In this document: piece after piece, positions 23,600-41,399 of the stretch | How the letters are laid out: every line of letters starts with the position of its first letter | Numbering within the stretch: position 1 is the first letter of the stretch | Assembly: GCF_009914755.1 (NCBI RefSeq) | Contig: NC_060929.1 | DNA: 64,000 nucleotides | Reading direction: 5' to 3' (one strand) | Source: the human T2T-CHM13v2.0 reference genome, Homo sapiens | Made by a program: the position numbers and the translations under genes | The notes under the pieces: model-generated | What the model saw: the letters and a program-made list of their open reading frames with translations, nothing else | The model's database searches: none | Told to the model about the DNA's origin: nothing

Positions 23600-24400
23600 C
23601 AGTATGTTCCATGAGGCCTGTGCTCTAGAGAAAAATTACCCTAGGTAAGGACAATAGAGATGCAGCAAGTGTAAAGGCCCTGCGGTGGGCCAGTGTGACT
23701 GGAGCTTGAATAACGGGACAGTGGGAGAAGATGAGGTCAGAGTCAGGATGGAGCCACGGCAGCTATGACCTGATAGGACATGGTAAAGAGGGGGCTGCGG
23801 GAAGCCACTGGAAACAATGAAGCAGAGAAGGAACATGACCAGATTCAAGGCTTAGAAAGCCACTTCGGCTGCTGTGTAGAGAATGGACTAGGTGGAGTGA
23901 GACAGGAAGCAAGGAGGCAAGCTGGGTGGTTCCTGCAGGAAGCCAGGTGGGAGGGGGCAGGCGCTTGCACTGAGGGCTGCAGAGACAAAAGAAGTGGAGG
24001 GATGTGAGACATATCTGGAGAGAGAATCTATAGAGTTTGTTCATGAATGGGATGGGAGGGGTGTGATACGAGGCGAGGGAAGAAATTGAGGCTACTAGCG
24101 GGTTTGGGCTTCCGCTATGGAGTGGATGGTCGTAGCACAGACTGCAGTGAGGAAGACAGGTTCGAAGAGGGAAATCAAGCATCTTGTTCAGGACCTATGA
24201 AGTTGTGGAGCCCAGCCAACATCCAAGTGGGGACAGCCCATAGGTGGTATTTGTTGACTGCGTAAGTGAGCTCAGTTCTTCTGGTGGGGAACACGGTCTG
24301 TAGTAAGGCGGAGTATTGAGTTTTAGACAACTCTGCCGAAACCCCTTAGGTGGAGAAGACTTCGGCTGCCCTGGGCCTTGCACCCACTGGTTCTGGATGT
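23600..24400. mobile_element. L2-like fragment adjoining the VNTR
   Basis: GGGAAGCCACTGGA...GGCTGCTGTGTAGAGAATGGACT...CCAGGTGGGAG pattern characteristic of L2. Confidence 0.55.
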
Positions 24401-24420
24401 GCCATCTCCCGGGCTCACAT

Positions 24421-25323
24421 GCTGGATTCACGTCAGTCCTCCCTCCTCCGTGGTCACTCTTCAGATGGCTTCACATCGGTCCTCCCTGCTCCATGGTCAC
24501 TCTTCAGATGGATTCACGTCAGTCCTCCCTCCTCCGTGGCCACTCTTCAGATGGATTCACGTCAGTCCTCCCTCCTCAGTGGCCACTCTTCACATGGATT
24601 CATGTCGGTCCTCCCTCCTCAGTGGCCACTCTTCAGATGGCTTCATGTCGGTCCTCCCTCCTCCGTGGCCACTCTTCAGATGGCTTCATGTCGGTCCTCC
24701 CTCCTCCGTGGCCACTCTTCAGATGGCTTCACGTCGGTCCTCCCTCCTCAGTGGCCACTCTTCAGATGGCTTCACGTCGGTCCTCCCTCCTCAGTGGCCA
24801 CTCTTCAGATGGCTTCATGTCGGTCCTCCCTCCTCCGTGGCCACTCTTCAGATGGCTTCACGTCGGTCCTCCCTCCTCAGTGGCCACTCTTCAGATGGCT
24901 TCATGTCGGTCCTCCCTCCTCCGTGGCCACTCTTCACATGGATTCATGTCGGTCCTCCCTCCTCCGTGGCCACTCTTCAGATGGCTTCATGTCGGTCCTC
25001 CCTCCTCCGTGGCCACTCTTCAGATGGATTCATGTCGGTTCTCCCTCCTCCGTGGCCACTCTTCAGATGGCTTCATGTCGGTCCTCCCTCCTCCGTGGCC
25101 ACTCTTCAGATGGATTCATGTCGGTCCTCCCTCCTCCGTGGCCACTCTTCAGATGGCTTCATGTCGGTTCTCCCTCCTCCGTGGCCACTCTTCAGATGGC
25201 TTCATGTCGGTTCTCCCTCCTCCGTGGCCACTCTTCAGATGGATTCATGTCGGTTCTCCCTCCTCCGTGGCCACTCTTCAGATGGATTCACGTCGGTCCT
25301 CCCTCCTCTGTGGCCACTCTTCA
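24421..25323. repeat. Minisatellite/VNTR, 21 x 43 bp
   Basis: Unit GATGG(C/A)TTCA(T/C)GTCGGTCCTCCCTCCTCCGTGGCCACTCTTCA; 903 bp = 21 x 43. Confidence 0.97.
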
Positions 25324-26116
25324 GAGACTGGGTCTCTTACTCCTTTCCTCACAGGGCATTTCTAGGCCCCTCACTATCCTATTCAGATCCTTATTTTTGG
25401 AGCCTCTTTGAGTTTGAAGACGGCATTCTGTGTTCTGCCACTGCTAGCTCTCGTGCAAACACCATTTCCTTGATTCTTCATAACCCTGCGAGACAGAGCC
25501 TACCACCCCCATTTTAGAGAGTGTAAGCTGAGGCTGAGGGTCACATGCTATATGTAAATTCCACAGGTGGGATTCAAGCCCAGAACAAACGGACTTAAGA
25601 GCCCCCCACTCCCTCTCACTCTATATTCTCACTCCATCCCTTTGGTTTTCACATTTACCTGCATTTTCTTTCAGGACTTTTGAATCACCTCTCAAAGTTG
25701 AGAAGACAAGGGGCTGAAATCTTCCCCTCAAATGTAGGGGAGTCTCTAAGCTGCTCAGGTACACGTGAGCTCTGGTTACATTTCTGGAAGGACATGGGCA
25801 GGAAACCGAGAGAGATGGGAAAGTGGCTCAGAGAGGACCAGCACTGCTCACACCGAGGAGTGGCTGAGCGTGCAATTTCAGAGGCAGCGCCTACAACGAA
25901 CCAGTCTGGCCCAGTGCAATGGCTCACGCCTGTAATCCCAACACTTTGGGAGGCCAAGGCAGGATGATTACTTGAGCTCAGGAGTTCAAGACCAGCCTGG
26001 GCAACTAGTAAAACCCCATTTCTACTAATTTTTTTTTTAATTAGCTGGGTCTAGAGTGGTGCACACCTGTGGTAATTAGCTGGGTCTGGGGTGGTGCGCA
26101 ACTGTGGTCCCAGCTA

Positions 26117-26404
<288 letters not shown>

Positions 26405-26473
26405 TCACTTTGGGAGGTCGAGGCAGGTAGATCACTTGAAGTCAGGAGGTGGGAGATTCACTGGAACCAATCA

Positions 26474-26638
<165 letters not shown>

Positions 26639-27219
26639 TCACCTGAGGTCGGGAGTTCGAGACCAGCCTGACCAACATGGAGAAACCCCGTCTCTATGAA
26701 AAATACAAAATTAGCCGGGCATGGTGGTGCATGCCTGTAATCCCAGCTACTCAGGAAGGCTAAGGCAGGAGAATCGCTTGAACCCGGGAGGCGGAGGTTG
26801 CGGTGAGCCGAGATCGCGCCATTGCGCTCCAGTCTGGGCAACAAGAGCAAAACTCCATCTCAAAAAACAAACAAACAAACAAACAAAAAACACAGAGTAA
26901 ATTTAAAAGTAATATTAGTACTGGATTATGACCCATGGAATAAAATAAACACCCATGAGTCCACACTGATATAAGCAAGTGACTGAACAAATAAGTAAAT
27001 GAGGGGAGAGAGACAGCTCTTTCACACAGAAGAATTCTAATTATTAAATGTAGAAGGACTAAGACAAATAGAAAAATCACCATCACAGCGGCGGAGTAAA
27101 ACTTGCCGCAGGCAAGATCCACCAACTGACGCAAGAGAGTCGGAGAAAGATATTTGCATACTCTCAAAGCACCCTTCCCTCCCCCACCAAGATATGTATT
27201 AGTTAAAAGAGGAAAATAG

Positions 27220-27423
<204 letters not shown>

Positions 27424-29240
27424 TAGAGACGGGGTTTCACCACGTTAGCCAGGCTGGTCTTGAACTCCTGACCTCAGGTGATCCGCCCGCCTTGGCCTCC
27501 CAAAGTGGAAAATAGCAATTTTATAGTGGAGAAACCTGGCAGACACCACCCAACGAAGGGACGAAGGTGGCCATCACCAATAAGTTCCATGATCTATTGG
27601 TAACGTTTAGTCTGGATATGCACTGAGGGTACACCTCGGTGTCACCCTTCCCCACAGAGCCTCCTCCAGCATAAGCTGAGGGGTACTCTACAAAGCCTCT
27701 GACCAGCCCTCCTCAAAAAGTGAGTCTCGAAAGATGGGGAAAAACTGAGGAACTCTCTGGGACTGGGGGACACTAAGGAGCCGTGACAGCTCAGTGCAAT
27801 GCCAGGTTGGATCCCAGACCAGAAAATGGACATTAATGAAAAAACTGATTAAATCCATGTAAAGCTTAGCTGGGCCTGGTCTCTGGTGCCTGTAGTCCCA
27901 GCTACTCAGAAGGCTGAGATGGGAAGATAGCTTGTGGCCAGGAGTTCTAGACCACCTGGGCAACATGGTGCGACCCTGTTTCTAAATAAATTAAAAAAAA
28001 TTTTTTTTGGCTGGGCGCGGTGGTTCACGCCTGTAATCCCAGCACTTTGGGAGGCCAAGGCGGGTGGATCACCTGAGGTCAGGAGTTCAAGACTAGTCTG
28101 GCCAGCATGGCGAAACCCTGTCTCTTCTAAAAATGCAAAAATTAGCCAGGCATGGTGGTGGGCACCTGTAGTTCCAGCTACTCAGGAGGCTGAGGCACAA
28201 GAATCACTTGAACCCATGAGGCGGAGGTTGTAGTGAGCCGAGATCATGCCACTGCACTCCAGCCTGGACGATAGAGCGAGACACTGTCTCAAAAAAAAAA
28301 TTTTTTTTTCTTTGAGATAGGGTCTCACCTCTGTTATCCAAGCTGGAGTGCAGTGGCACAATCTCAGCTCACTCAGTCTCGACCTCCTGGGCTCAAGCCA
28401 TCCTCCCACCTTGGCGTCTCAAGTAGCTGGGACTACAGGTGCAGCCAACATGCTCAGCTAATTTTTGTAGTTTTTGTAGTTTTTGTAGATGAAGGGTTTC
28501 ACTGTGTTGCTCAGGCTGGTCTCATATCCCTGGGCTCAAGTGATCCTCCTGCCTCGGTCTCCCAAAGTGTTGGGATTACAGGTGTGAGCCACAGTGCTCG
28601 GCCAAAAAAAAAATTTTTTTTTTGTTTTTGAAATGGAGTCTCGCTCTGTCCCCCAGGCTGAGGTGCAGTGGTGCAATCTTGGCTCACTGCAAGCTTCCAC
28701 CTCCTGGGTTCATCCCATTCTCCCGCCTCAGCCTCCCGAGTAGTTGGGACTACAGGCGCCCGCCAACACTCCCGGCTAATTTTGTTTTATTTGTATTTTT
28801 AGTAGAGATGGGGTTTCACCATGTTAGCCAGGATGGTCTCGATCACCTGACCTTGTGATCTGACCACCTCGGCTTCCCAAAGTGCTGGGATTACAGGCAT
28901 GAGCCACCACGCCTGGCCAAAAAAATTTTTTTTAATTAGCTGGGTGAGGTGGCACTTACCTGCAGTTCCAGCTACTCGGGAGGCTGAGGCGGGAGGATGG
29001 ATTTAGCCTGAGAGGTCAAGGCCACGTGAACTGCGATGGTGTCACTGCACTGCAGCCTGGACACAGGGAGACCCTGTCTCTGAAAAAACTATAAAGACTG
29101 GAGTTTATAGTATTGTACCCATGTTAATTTCCTCATTTTGATCTTTGTGCTATGATTACATAAGATGTTAACACTGGGCGAGGCTGAGTGAAAGATATAA
29201 GGTGTGAAAGGAAACTAAGGCGGGCCGGCGCGGCAGCTCA

Positions 29241-30092
<852 letters not shown>

Positions 30093-30255
30093 TTTTCTCT
30101 GTATCTTAAAACTATTTCAAAATAAAATTTAAAACAGGCTGGGTGCAGTGGCTCATGCCTGTAATCCCGGCACTTTGGGAGGCCAAGAGGGGCAGATCAC
30201 GAGACCAGGAGTTTGAGACCAGCCTGGCCAACATCGTGAAACCCCGTCTCTACTA

Positions 30256-30438
<183 letters not shown>

Positions 30439-30556
30439 TTAAAACAAAAAAATCAGCCAGGCAGGCGCGGTGGCTGGCTCACGCCTGTAATCCCAGCACT
30501 TTGGGAGGCCGAGGCGGGCAGATCACGAGGTCAGGAGATCGAGACCATCCTGGCTA

Positions 30557-30742
<186 letters not shown>

Positions 30743-31021
30743 TCAAAAAAAAAAAAAAAAAAAAAAAAATCACCCAGAGACATATCCTGGCATATTTTCT
30801 TCCTGTTCCTTTTCTTACGTGGGGGTGACATTTTCTGCTCCACCTAAGGAAGGTCGTGGCAGACACATGATTCTACACCACTACATTGAAGTATCATGAC
30901 CAGCCGGGGGCGGTGGCTCATGCCTGTAATCCCAGCACTTTGGGAGGCCAAGGCGGTGGATCACTTGAGGTCAGGAGTTCGAGACCAGCCTGGCCAATAT
31001 GGTGAAACCCTGTCTTTACTA

Positions 31022-31273
<252 letters not shown>

Positions 31274-31308
31274 TCAAAGAAATTAAGAAGGGCCAGGGCT
31301 GAATGTGA

Positions 31309-31817
<509 letters not shown>

Positions 31818-32002
31818 TAATGTCTGCAACCCAGGGCGCCCGCTACCCAGCCTGGCCCAGCAGGAGTGAGTGGGGAAGGAGATATGCCCCTTCAAAAGGA
31901 CTCACTCACTGCCCAGCTGTCAGCACCTTCCGGGTCCCCTCAGCTCTCAGATCGAGGCCACCCTGTTCCCTGGTGGCCAGTGACTGAGCAAGGCAGTGGT
32001 AT

Positions 32003-32445
32003 TGTTGCAAGATGAGCCGCAGACAAAACTCCTCAGACACTGAGTTAAAGAAGGAAGGGGTTTACTCGGCCAGGGGCATCGGCAAGACTCCTGTCTCAAG
32101 GGCCGAGCTCCCCGAGTGGGCAATTCCTGTCCCTTTTAAGAGCTCACAACTCTAAGGGGGTGCGCGTGAGAGGGTTAGGAGGTACGTGACTGGGGGCTGC
32201 ATGCGCCAGTAATTAGTCGGGAACAAAGCAGGATAGGGATTTTCACAGTGCTTTTCTATACGATGTCTGTAATCTACAGATAACATCAACCATTAGGTCG
32301 GGGTCGATCTTTAACTACCAGGCCCAGGGTGTGGTGCTGGGCTGTCTGCTTGTGGATTTCATTTCTGCCTTTTAGTTTTTACTTTTTCTTTCTTTGGAGG
32401 CAGAAATTGGGCATAAGACAATATGAGGGGTGGTCTCCTCCCTTA
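32003..32445 (-). mobile_element. Solo LTR2-family (HERV-E/Harlequin) LTR
   Basis: Minus strand starts TAAGGGAGGAGACCACCCCTCATATTGTCTTATGCCC and ends in CA; 4-bp TSD GTAT on both sides. Confidence 0.85.
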
Positions 32446-32839
32446 GTATCAGGACCTTTTCTAACGGGGGACTCCTCTGTCAGGCACTTCGATCCAGAGC
32501 TCTTCTGCTGGTGCCCTCTGCCCAATCGCCTTCCTCCCCATTTTTTTTTTTTCCTTTTTGAGACAGGGTCTTGCTCTGTTGCCCAGGCTGGTCACTGTTC
32601 CCTCTGGTGCATTCTTTGTCCCCGTCAACCTGGTAAGCTCCAGGGGCTGGCAGCTGGCACAGAGTAGGAGGCTGCACTCCCTGACTTTTCTATGCTGCAC
32701 ACAGTCCTGTGCCCACCCTGTCCTCAGACCTGCCAGGGCCATGACCAACCTGCCAAGGGCATGGGAAACTGTGTGTAAGACAGCTCTAGGAGGAGGTGGA
32801 GCAGGCGGAAGGTAGGGGAAGCTGCTGCCCCAGTAGGTT

Positions 32840-32965
32840 TAGAGGGAGGGTGGGGTGGGGGTGTGGCAGGGCCAGGCAGGTGAGGGTGTGTGGGTGGGGG
32901 TGTGTGGGGGAGGGTGTGGGTGGGGGTGTGCGGGTGAGGGTGTGTGGGTGAGAGTGTGTGAGTGC
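32840..32965 (+). repeat. G-rich low-complexity GGGTGTG-type tract
   Basis: Many G3-G5 runs separated by short T/GT loops. Confidence 0.8.
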
Positions 32966-33881
32966 CTGCCTGGCTCTCCTGGGTGGGGCTGGATGAATGT
33001 TTGGGCACAGGCAGCAGCTGTCACATGGCCTGGCTGCGGGTTTGGGACAGAAGCCAGGTAGGTGGGCTGTATCAGGCACAGCTACAAACTGTGCCAAGGA
33101 AGCGGACCAGAGCAGGGGCCCGGGGAAACTTCTGCCTTGGCAGAAGATATTGGGGGGACAGGATGATTTGGGGAGGTCTTCCAAGGCCCATGGTGCTTCA
33201 TGGAGCCAGGGCCCAGGGCAGGGAGGGCTATAACCCTGGCTTGCCTGATTGGCTGAACACAGATAGATGGAAGGGGGTGTGAGCAGACCGCTAGGTGGAT
33301 GCCTAAGTGAGGAAGGAATGGGTGGCCACGTGGCTGAGACCCCCAAGACCAGGACCCCACTGTCAGGCCTGTGGCTTCCATAGGCCAGTGGGAAGCGTTC
33401 CCCTTTGGGCACTGAGGCCATCGGCTTCAGCTTCACACCCTTTTCCAAACAGACAGAAGTCCTTCAGGTAACCTCAAAAGTCACTTCTCCTGGCCTTCCC
33501 CAGAGGGGAAAGGAGAGAGCGGTGCTTGTGGGCAGGGGGCCCTCGGAGCTGGTGGAGGGCACAGCAGAGAGACTGCCTGCATGTGGGAGGCCCCCAGCAG
33601 ACCTTGCCTAGACGTCAGTCCTCGTTTGAGGCAAACTGTAAAATTATTACAATTTAGGCCAGGCACAATGGCCCATGCCTGTAATCCCAGCACTTTGGGA
33701 GGCCATGGCAGGAGGATCTCTTCAGCCCAGGAGTTTGAGCCTGCAGTGAGCTATGACTACACCACTGCACTTCAACCTGGGCAACAGAGGAAGACCCTGT
33801 CTCTAAAATAAATAAATAGGCTAGTCGTGGTGTCTCATGCCTGTAATCCCAGCACTTTGGGAGGCTGAGACATGTGGGTCA

Positions 33882-34256
<375 letters not shown>

Positions 34257-35657
34257 TTAAGCTTTAAAAATAATCTAGGTAAAGTCTTGGTTAAAAAAAA
34301 AAAAATAGTGGCCCATGGCCAGCACCTTTTGGACAACTCTGGACTGTGACAATCCAAGTCACTGTATTACACAGATTTTTTTTTTTTCTGTCTCTTTTTT
34401 TTTTTAAGAGGTGGAGTCTTGCTCTGCTGCCCAGGCTGGAGTGCAGTGGCCCAGTCACAAGCTTCTAACTCCTGGCCTCAAGCAATCCTCCTGGCTCAGC
34501 TTCCTGGGTAGCTGGGACTGCAGGTGTGCACCACTACACCTGGCCTAAAACATTTCAAATCATGGTAAAATGCACACAAAACCTAACTATTTTTTGAAAC
34601 AGAGTCTTGCACTGTCGCCCAGGCTGAAGTACATCAGTCCTCTCTCAGCTCCCTGCAAACTCTGCCTCCCGGATTCAAGGGATTCTCGTGCCTTAGCCTC
34701 CTGAGTAGCTGGGATACAGGTGTGTACCACCATGCCTGGATAATTGTTGTATGTTTAGTAGAGACGGGGTTTTGTCATGTTGGCCAGGCTGGTCTTGAAC
34801 TCCTGGCCTCCTGTGATCCACGCACCTCAGCCTCCAAAAGTGCTGGGAGATTTCAGGCATGAGCCACCACACCCGGCCTCTTAACCATCTTGAAGTGTCC
34901 AGTTCAGTGGTGTGAAGCACATGTGCACCGTCGTGCCACCCATCCCCGGAGCTCTCTTCATGGTGCTGCTGTAGTTTCACAATGACTCCTCCAGACTTCG
35001 TCCACCCCCAACCCCTTGCCATAAATCACTGCAACTGAGGGACTGCAGCCCAGGAGTTTCTGGGCAAAGTACCGTGTTACCATCTGGGGTGGCAGCTCCA
35101 CCTGGACTTAGCTGTGGGGCTGGTCCAGGTTTCCGGTGGCCTGTAACCCCAGCACTTAGGGAGGTCGGGGCAGGTAATCTCACACCTGTAGTCCCAGTGG
35201 TGCATGAGTGGGCCAGTTGGACTGCCTGGACTTCCGGGGTGTGAGTCCTCATGGGCTCCTGAAGGTCTGAGGTCTGCCCCGGGGCAGACACCTGAGCAAG
35301 TCATGGCAGCTCTCAACTTCCACCCCAACCTCCTGCCTGGGGCTGCCCCAGTCACCCCTGGGGGTGGGGGGACCCAGGGAAGAGGAAGCAGGAGGAGTGA
35401 ACGAAGGCTCCTCTCCAGCTCTGCTGACTCGGGGAGGCAGCCCAGGTCCAGGAGTCCACTTTGACCCCAGGTGCGAGAGTGGGGAGGGCTGGGGAGGCTG
35501 GGTGGGTGCACAGCCCCACTGGCTCTGCCCCACAGCCACAATACCCCTCTGTGACACAGTTTTAGAACAATCTTGGGCTGGATGTGGCGACTCACAGCTG
35601 TAATCTCAACACTTTGGAAGGCTGAGGCAGGAGGATTGCTTGAGCCCAGGAGTTTGA

Positions 35658-36014
<357 letters not shown>

Positions 36015-37499
36015 TAAAAATAAATAAAAATTTGTAAAAGACCAATCTTGGAGGACTGGCAGAGCTAGGGCCGGCACCAGGAGTTATCTGTTAGCCTGCG
36101 CTTTGCAAGGTCTGAAACCCTCAGATGCTGCCTCTCCAAGAATGCCCAGCTCTCCTCCCTCAGGCTGGGGCCTGGCCCAGCTCCAGGGGAGAGAGGACAA
36201 GGGAGGGCAAGGAGTGAAAGGCGGCCAGGGGACACAAAGCTGTCAGGTCCCTGGACATGCCCAGGGGATGCTGCCTGCTTTACCAATGAAGAATCCGAGG
36301 CTCAGGAAGGTCACCAGGAAGTCACGGACAGGACTGGGATTCAGAGCCAGGGCTGCCTTGCTTCAGCTCCTCCTCCTGGTTAGAAAACAGTCCTGAATTG
36401 CCTTTTTGCAGATGGTGTCTTAGAGCTGAGCATGGCTAACTGTCAGGCACTGTAAGAAGAACTGGGGGAGTCTGGACATGTGCTGGCCACCAGTCCCCCA
36501 CACTCAGGGCTCACTGTCTCTTGAGGGTGACAGAGGATAACGCACTGTGACAAGCACCATCACAGCAAAGAAACAGAAAAAGTCCGGAGCGGCAAGAGGA
36601 TGGGGTGATTAATTTTGCCTTGAGGGTAGAAGGAGGGGCCTTGAGGACAGTGGGTGCTCTTAATGGACTATTCCAACAACCAGCCACTTATGGATGAGGA
36701 CACAGAGGCAGCTCCCAGAGCAGAGATGCACAGAAGCAGTAGCAGTGGCTTGGCCCGAAGACTAAAGGAGTTGCAGGGCCAGTCTTGAAGCTGGGACTAC
36801 ACCTCTCGGGCAGAGGAGTGTGGGGACAGAATGCGTAGGCTACAAGGCTCCCTCTGGGGCAGAGTCGGGGGTGGCTGGGCAGTAGGAAGCCAAGGCAGGT
36901 TGTTGCAACAGTCAAGAAGAAAGGTGATGAGGCCAGAGGTGGTGGCCAGAGAGATGAGGAAATTCCTCCTCACCAGGATGGCTGCAGGGTGATACAGTCC
37001 TGGCCACTCACAGACAGCATGGATGCAGGAAGACAGACCACAGACCCACAACAACGAAGGTGCGTGCCGGTGTGGGCAGGACTCAGCCTTCCAGCACTTC
37101 AAGACGGGCCCATGACAAGCATTCTGTCCTTCTGACAAACCTTCCCCATAAGGAAAAGGCAGAAGGACCAACTGACCTTCACAGATGCTGCCACTTACCA
37201 GGCACTGTGCAGGGTGCTTTAGAGGTGCTAGTTCACTTAATCCTCCCCTTTCAGAGCTGAGGAAACTAAGGCTCAGAGAGAGAAATTAAAGTGTCCCAGG
37301 TCAGCCAATTCAGGAAGTGGGTGCATCCAGGGAGGCTGGTTTCACTTCCCCTGGCCTGGTGCCCTGAGTGCCCCACCCCTTGGCATCTGAGCAGTGTGGC
37401 TCCCATGCCAACTCTACAGGAATGTCATGTCTGGGGGCAAGTGGCCCCTTGCAGGGGCATCTGCTGTGCAGGTCCAGGAAGGTAAATAAAGTTCACTGA

Positions 37500-37874
<375 letters not shown>

Positions 37875-37991
37875 TGAGTAGTTGGAACTATGGGAGTGCG
37901 CCATCACATCTGCCTAATTTTTGTATTTTTAGTACAGACAGATTTTCACCATGTTGGCCAGGCTGGTTCTCGAACTCTTGATCTCAGGTGA

Positions 37992-38267
<276 letters not shown>

Positions 38268-39286
38268 TAGCCAGGATGGTCTCGATCTCCTGACCTCGTG
38301 ATCCTCCTGCCTCGGCCTCCCAAAGTGCTGGGATCACAGGTGTGAGCCACCGTGCCCGGCCTTTTTTTTTTTAAAGACAGGGTCTTGCTCTGTCACCTAG
38401 GCTGGAGTGCAGTGTTCGATCATAGCTCACTGCAGCCTCTGATTCCTAGGCTCAAGGGATCCTTTTGCCTCAGCCTCTCGAGTAGCTGGGACTATAGGCA
38501 CCACTGGCTTGGCTAATTTTTTATTTTTTTATAGAGATGGGGTCTTGCTATGTCGCCCAGGGAACTCCTGGGCTTAAGCAATGCTCTCACCTCGGCCTCC
38601 TAATGCGTTGGCATTACAGGCGTGAGCCACTGCACCCAACCCAGAATCTGAGTTTTCATCAGAACTTAGCTGTGACCTCTCTCTCTCTTCCTCATGCCAT
38701 TTCTTGCAAGTGGATTCTTATAAGAACCTTCATTCAAACCCTCTCATAAACATCTCTATCACTGTCTCTCCCACTCAGTTGACAGAATGAACACCTTCTC
38801 GGCAGCTTCCAGCTTCCAGGTCCTCCTTGGCCCCATTTCTTTCCCTAGAGACCCAGGGGACCCGACCTCCCTGCCTGCCTGTGCCACCTCACAGGCCCCA
38901 CGTCCAGCTGCGTGCACAAGCTCCTCTCTCTCAATGCTTCGGAGGCTCCCAGCGCCCACTTCAAGAGGCTTCTCTGGGTCTGCTCTCGGTTGCCACCTTC
39001 GTCCCTTCCCGCCACTAACCTTTCCCACCCAGGGCTTGGACCTTGCTAGCAAGCTGAACGTGCCCTGCCTTCTCTAGCCCTGCTATCTGCTCTGCTGGGA
39101 ACACTCCTCAGTGGAAATGCTTCCAGGACCATCTCAAAAACCATTGCTCCAGTGAGGCCTTTCCTTGGGTCCCCCAAACAGCCAAACAGGTTCTTGCTCT
39201 GAAACTTTATCTGTCCCAGTGAGTAACCCTACCAGACTGGCTCCTCAAGGGCTGAGACCCACAGCAGCTATTAATGAGTTTTCTTA

Positions 39287-39597
<311 letters not shown>

Positions 39598-39710
39598 TCA
39601 AAAAAAAAAAAAAGTTGCCGGGCGCAGTGGCTTATGCCTGTAATCCTAGCACTTTGGGAGGCCAAGGGGGGGTGGATCACGAGGTCAGGGGATCGAGATC
39701 ATCCTGGCTA

Positions 39711-39974
<264 letters not shown>

Positions 39975-40169
39975 TCATTTGCCTTAATTGATTTGCCCAC
40001 CTCGTCTTCCCAAAGTGCTGGGATTACAGGCGTGAGCCGCCATGCCTGGCCAGAAGTTCTTCCTAGAGGTTCTATGCTGTCCTAGCAAGAATTGGTAAGA
40101 ACAGCATAGAACACAAGGGGTTGCAAATTTGTGGGCCGTAGACCAAATCTGTTCCACAAGTGACAAGAT

Positions 40170-41125
40170 GTTTTTTAATTGAGGTAAAATGTGCATACCA
40201 TAAAATTAGCCGTTTTAAAGCAAACAATTCAATGACATTTGTATATTCATAACGTTGTGCAACCACCACCTCTGTCAGGCTCCAAAACATTTTCCTCATC
40301 CCAGAAGGAAACCCTATGCTTGTTAGGCAATCACTCTGCCTTTCTCTCTCCCCACAGCCTCTGGCTCTAATCTGCTTTCTGTTTGTCTGGATTTACTTAT
40401 TATAAATGGCATCATTAACACATGTGGGCTTTGTGTCTGGTTTCTTTCACTTGCCATGTTTTGGAGGTTTATCCATGTTGTAGCAGGTATCATCAGTGTT
40501 TCATTCCTCTTTTTCTTTTCTTTTCTTTCTTTTTTTTTTTTGAGACAGGCTTACGCCATCATCCAGGCTGGAGTGTAGTGGCACAATCTCCGTTCATTGC
40601 AACTCTGCCTCCTGGGTTCAAGCAATTCTCCTACCTTAGCCTCCCGAGTAGCTGGGATTACAGGCTCGCTCCACCATGCCTGGCTAATGTTTGGTGTTTT
40701 TGGTAGAGATAGAATTTCGCCATGTTGGCCAGGCTGGTCTCAAACTCCTGACCTCAAGTGAGCCGCCTGCCTCGGCCTCCCAAAATGCTAGGATTACAGG
40801 GGTGAGCCACCACATCAGGTCTTTTTTTTTTTAAGATAGAGATGGAGTTTTGTGAGTTGCCCAGGCTGTTCCTGAACTCCTGGCCTCCAAAAGTGCTGGG
40901 AGAGTTCAGACATGAGTCATCACATGGCGTTCATTTCTTTTTTATGGCTGAATAATATTCCACTGAATGGATCTACCATTGTTTGCTTACACCCTCATCA
41001 ATTGTTAGTTTGGGCTGTTTCCACCTTTTGGCTCTTTGACTATTGTGACTAGTACTGCCAAGAACATTACTTGTTTGAGGACTATAATTGCCGGATCATA
41101 TGGTAACTCTATGCTTAACTTTTGA
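40170..41125 (-). mobile_element. Old L1M 3'-end fragment (antisense) interrupted by Alus
   Basis: TTGTGCAACCACCACC...AACATTTTC, TTTTTATGGCTGAATAATATTCCA, GGATCATATGGTAACTCTATG. Confidence 0.7.
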
Positions 41126-41399
41126 ATTAGAAACGGTGTTTTAATTTTTCGAATATGACTCCTTTACGTGTCTGTGTCTGTTTCCATGTCTTCCTACTGT
41201 CTTAGTAGGAAGCTCACGACTCATTTGCGTAATTTTTCTGGCCCCTGAAGGCACCTGATTTTGCTGCCCCTAGAATACTTTGGAGGCAAAAAGAAAATAA
41301 CTCTGTGCCCAATTCAGCCAGAGTCGTGGGGTAAAATCTTTTCACTTCTCAAAGTACTACTGTGGTTCATCCCCAAAGGGGGGAAATCAGGTTTTCCGG

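Noticed and set aside
24421-25323. CRISPR-like regular array
   Set aside because: Units are head-to-tail with no unique spacers, there are no cas genes, and the context is human.
24316-25517. Three long ORFs (349-379 aa) open in all + frames
   Set aside because: The 43-bp unit has no + strand stop, so the frames rotate through one 43-aa pattern. There is no promoter or splice support; this is a VNTR artefact.
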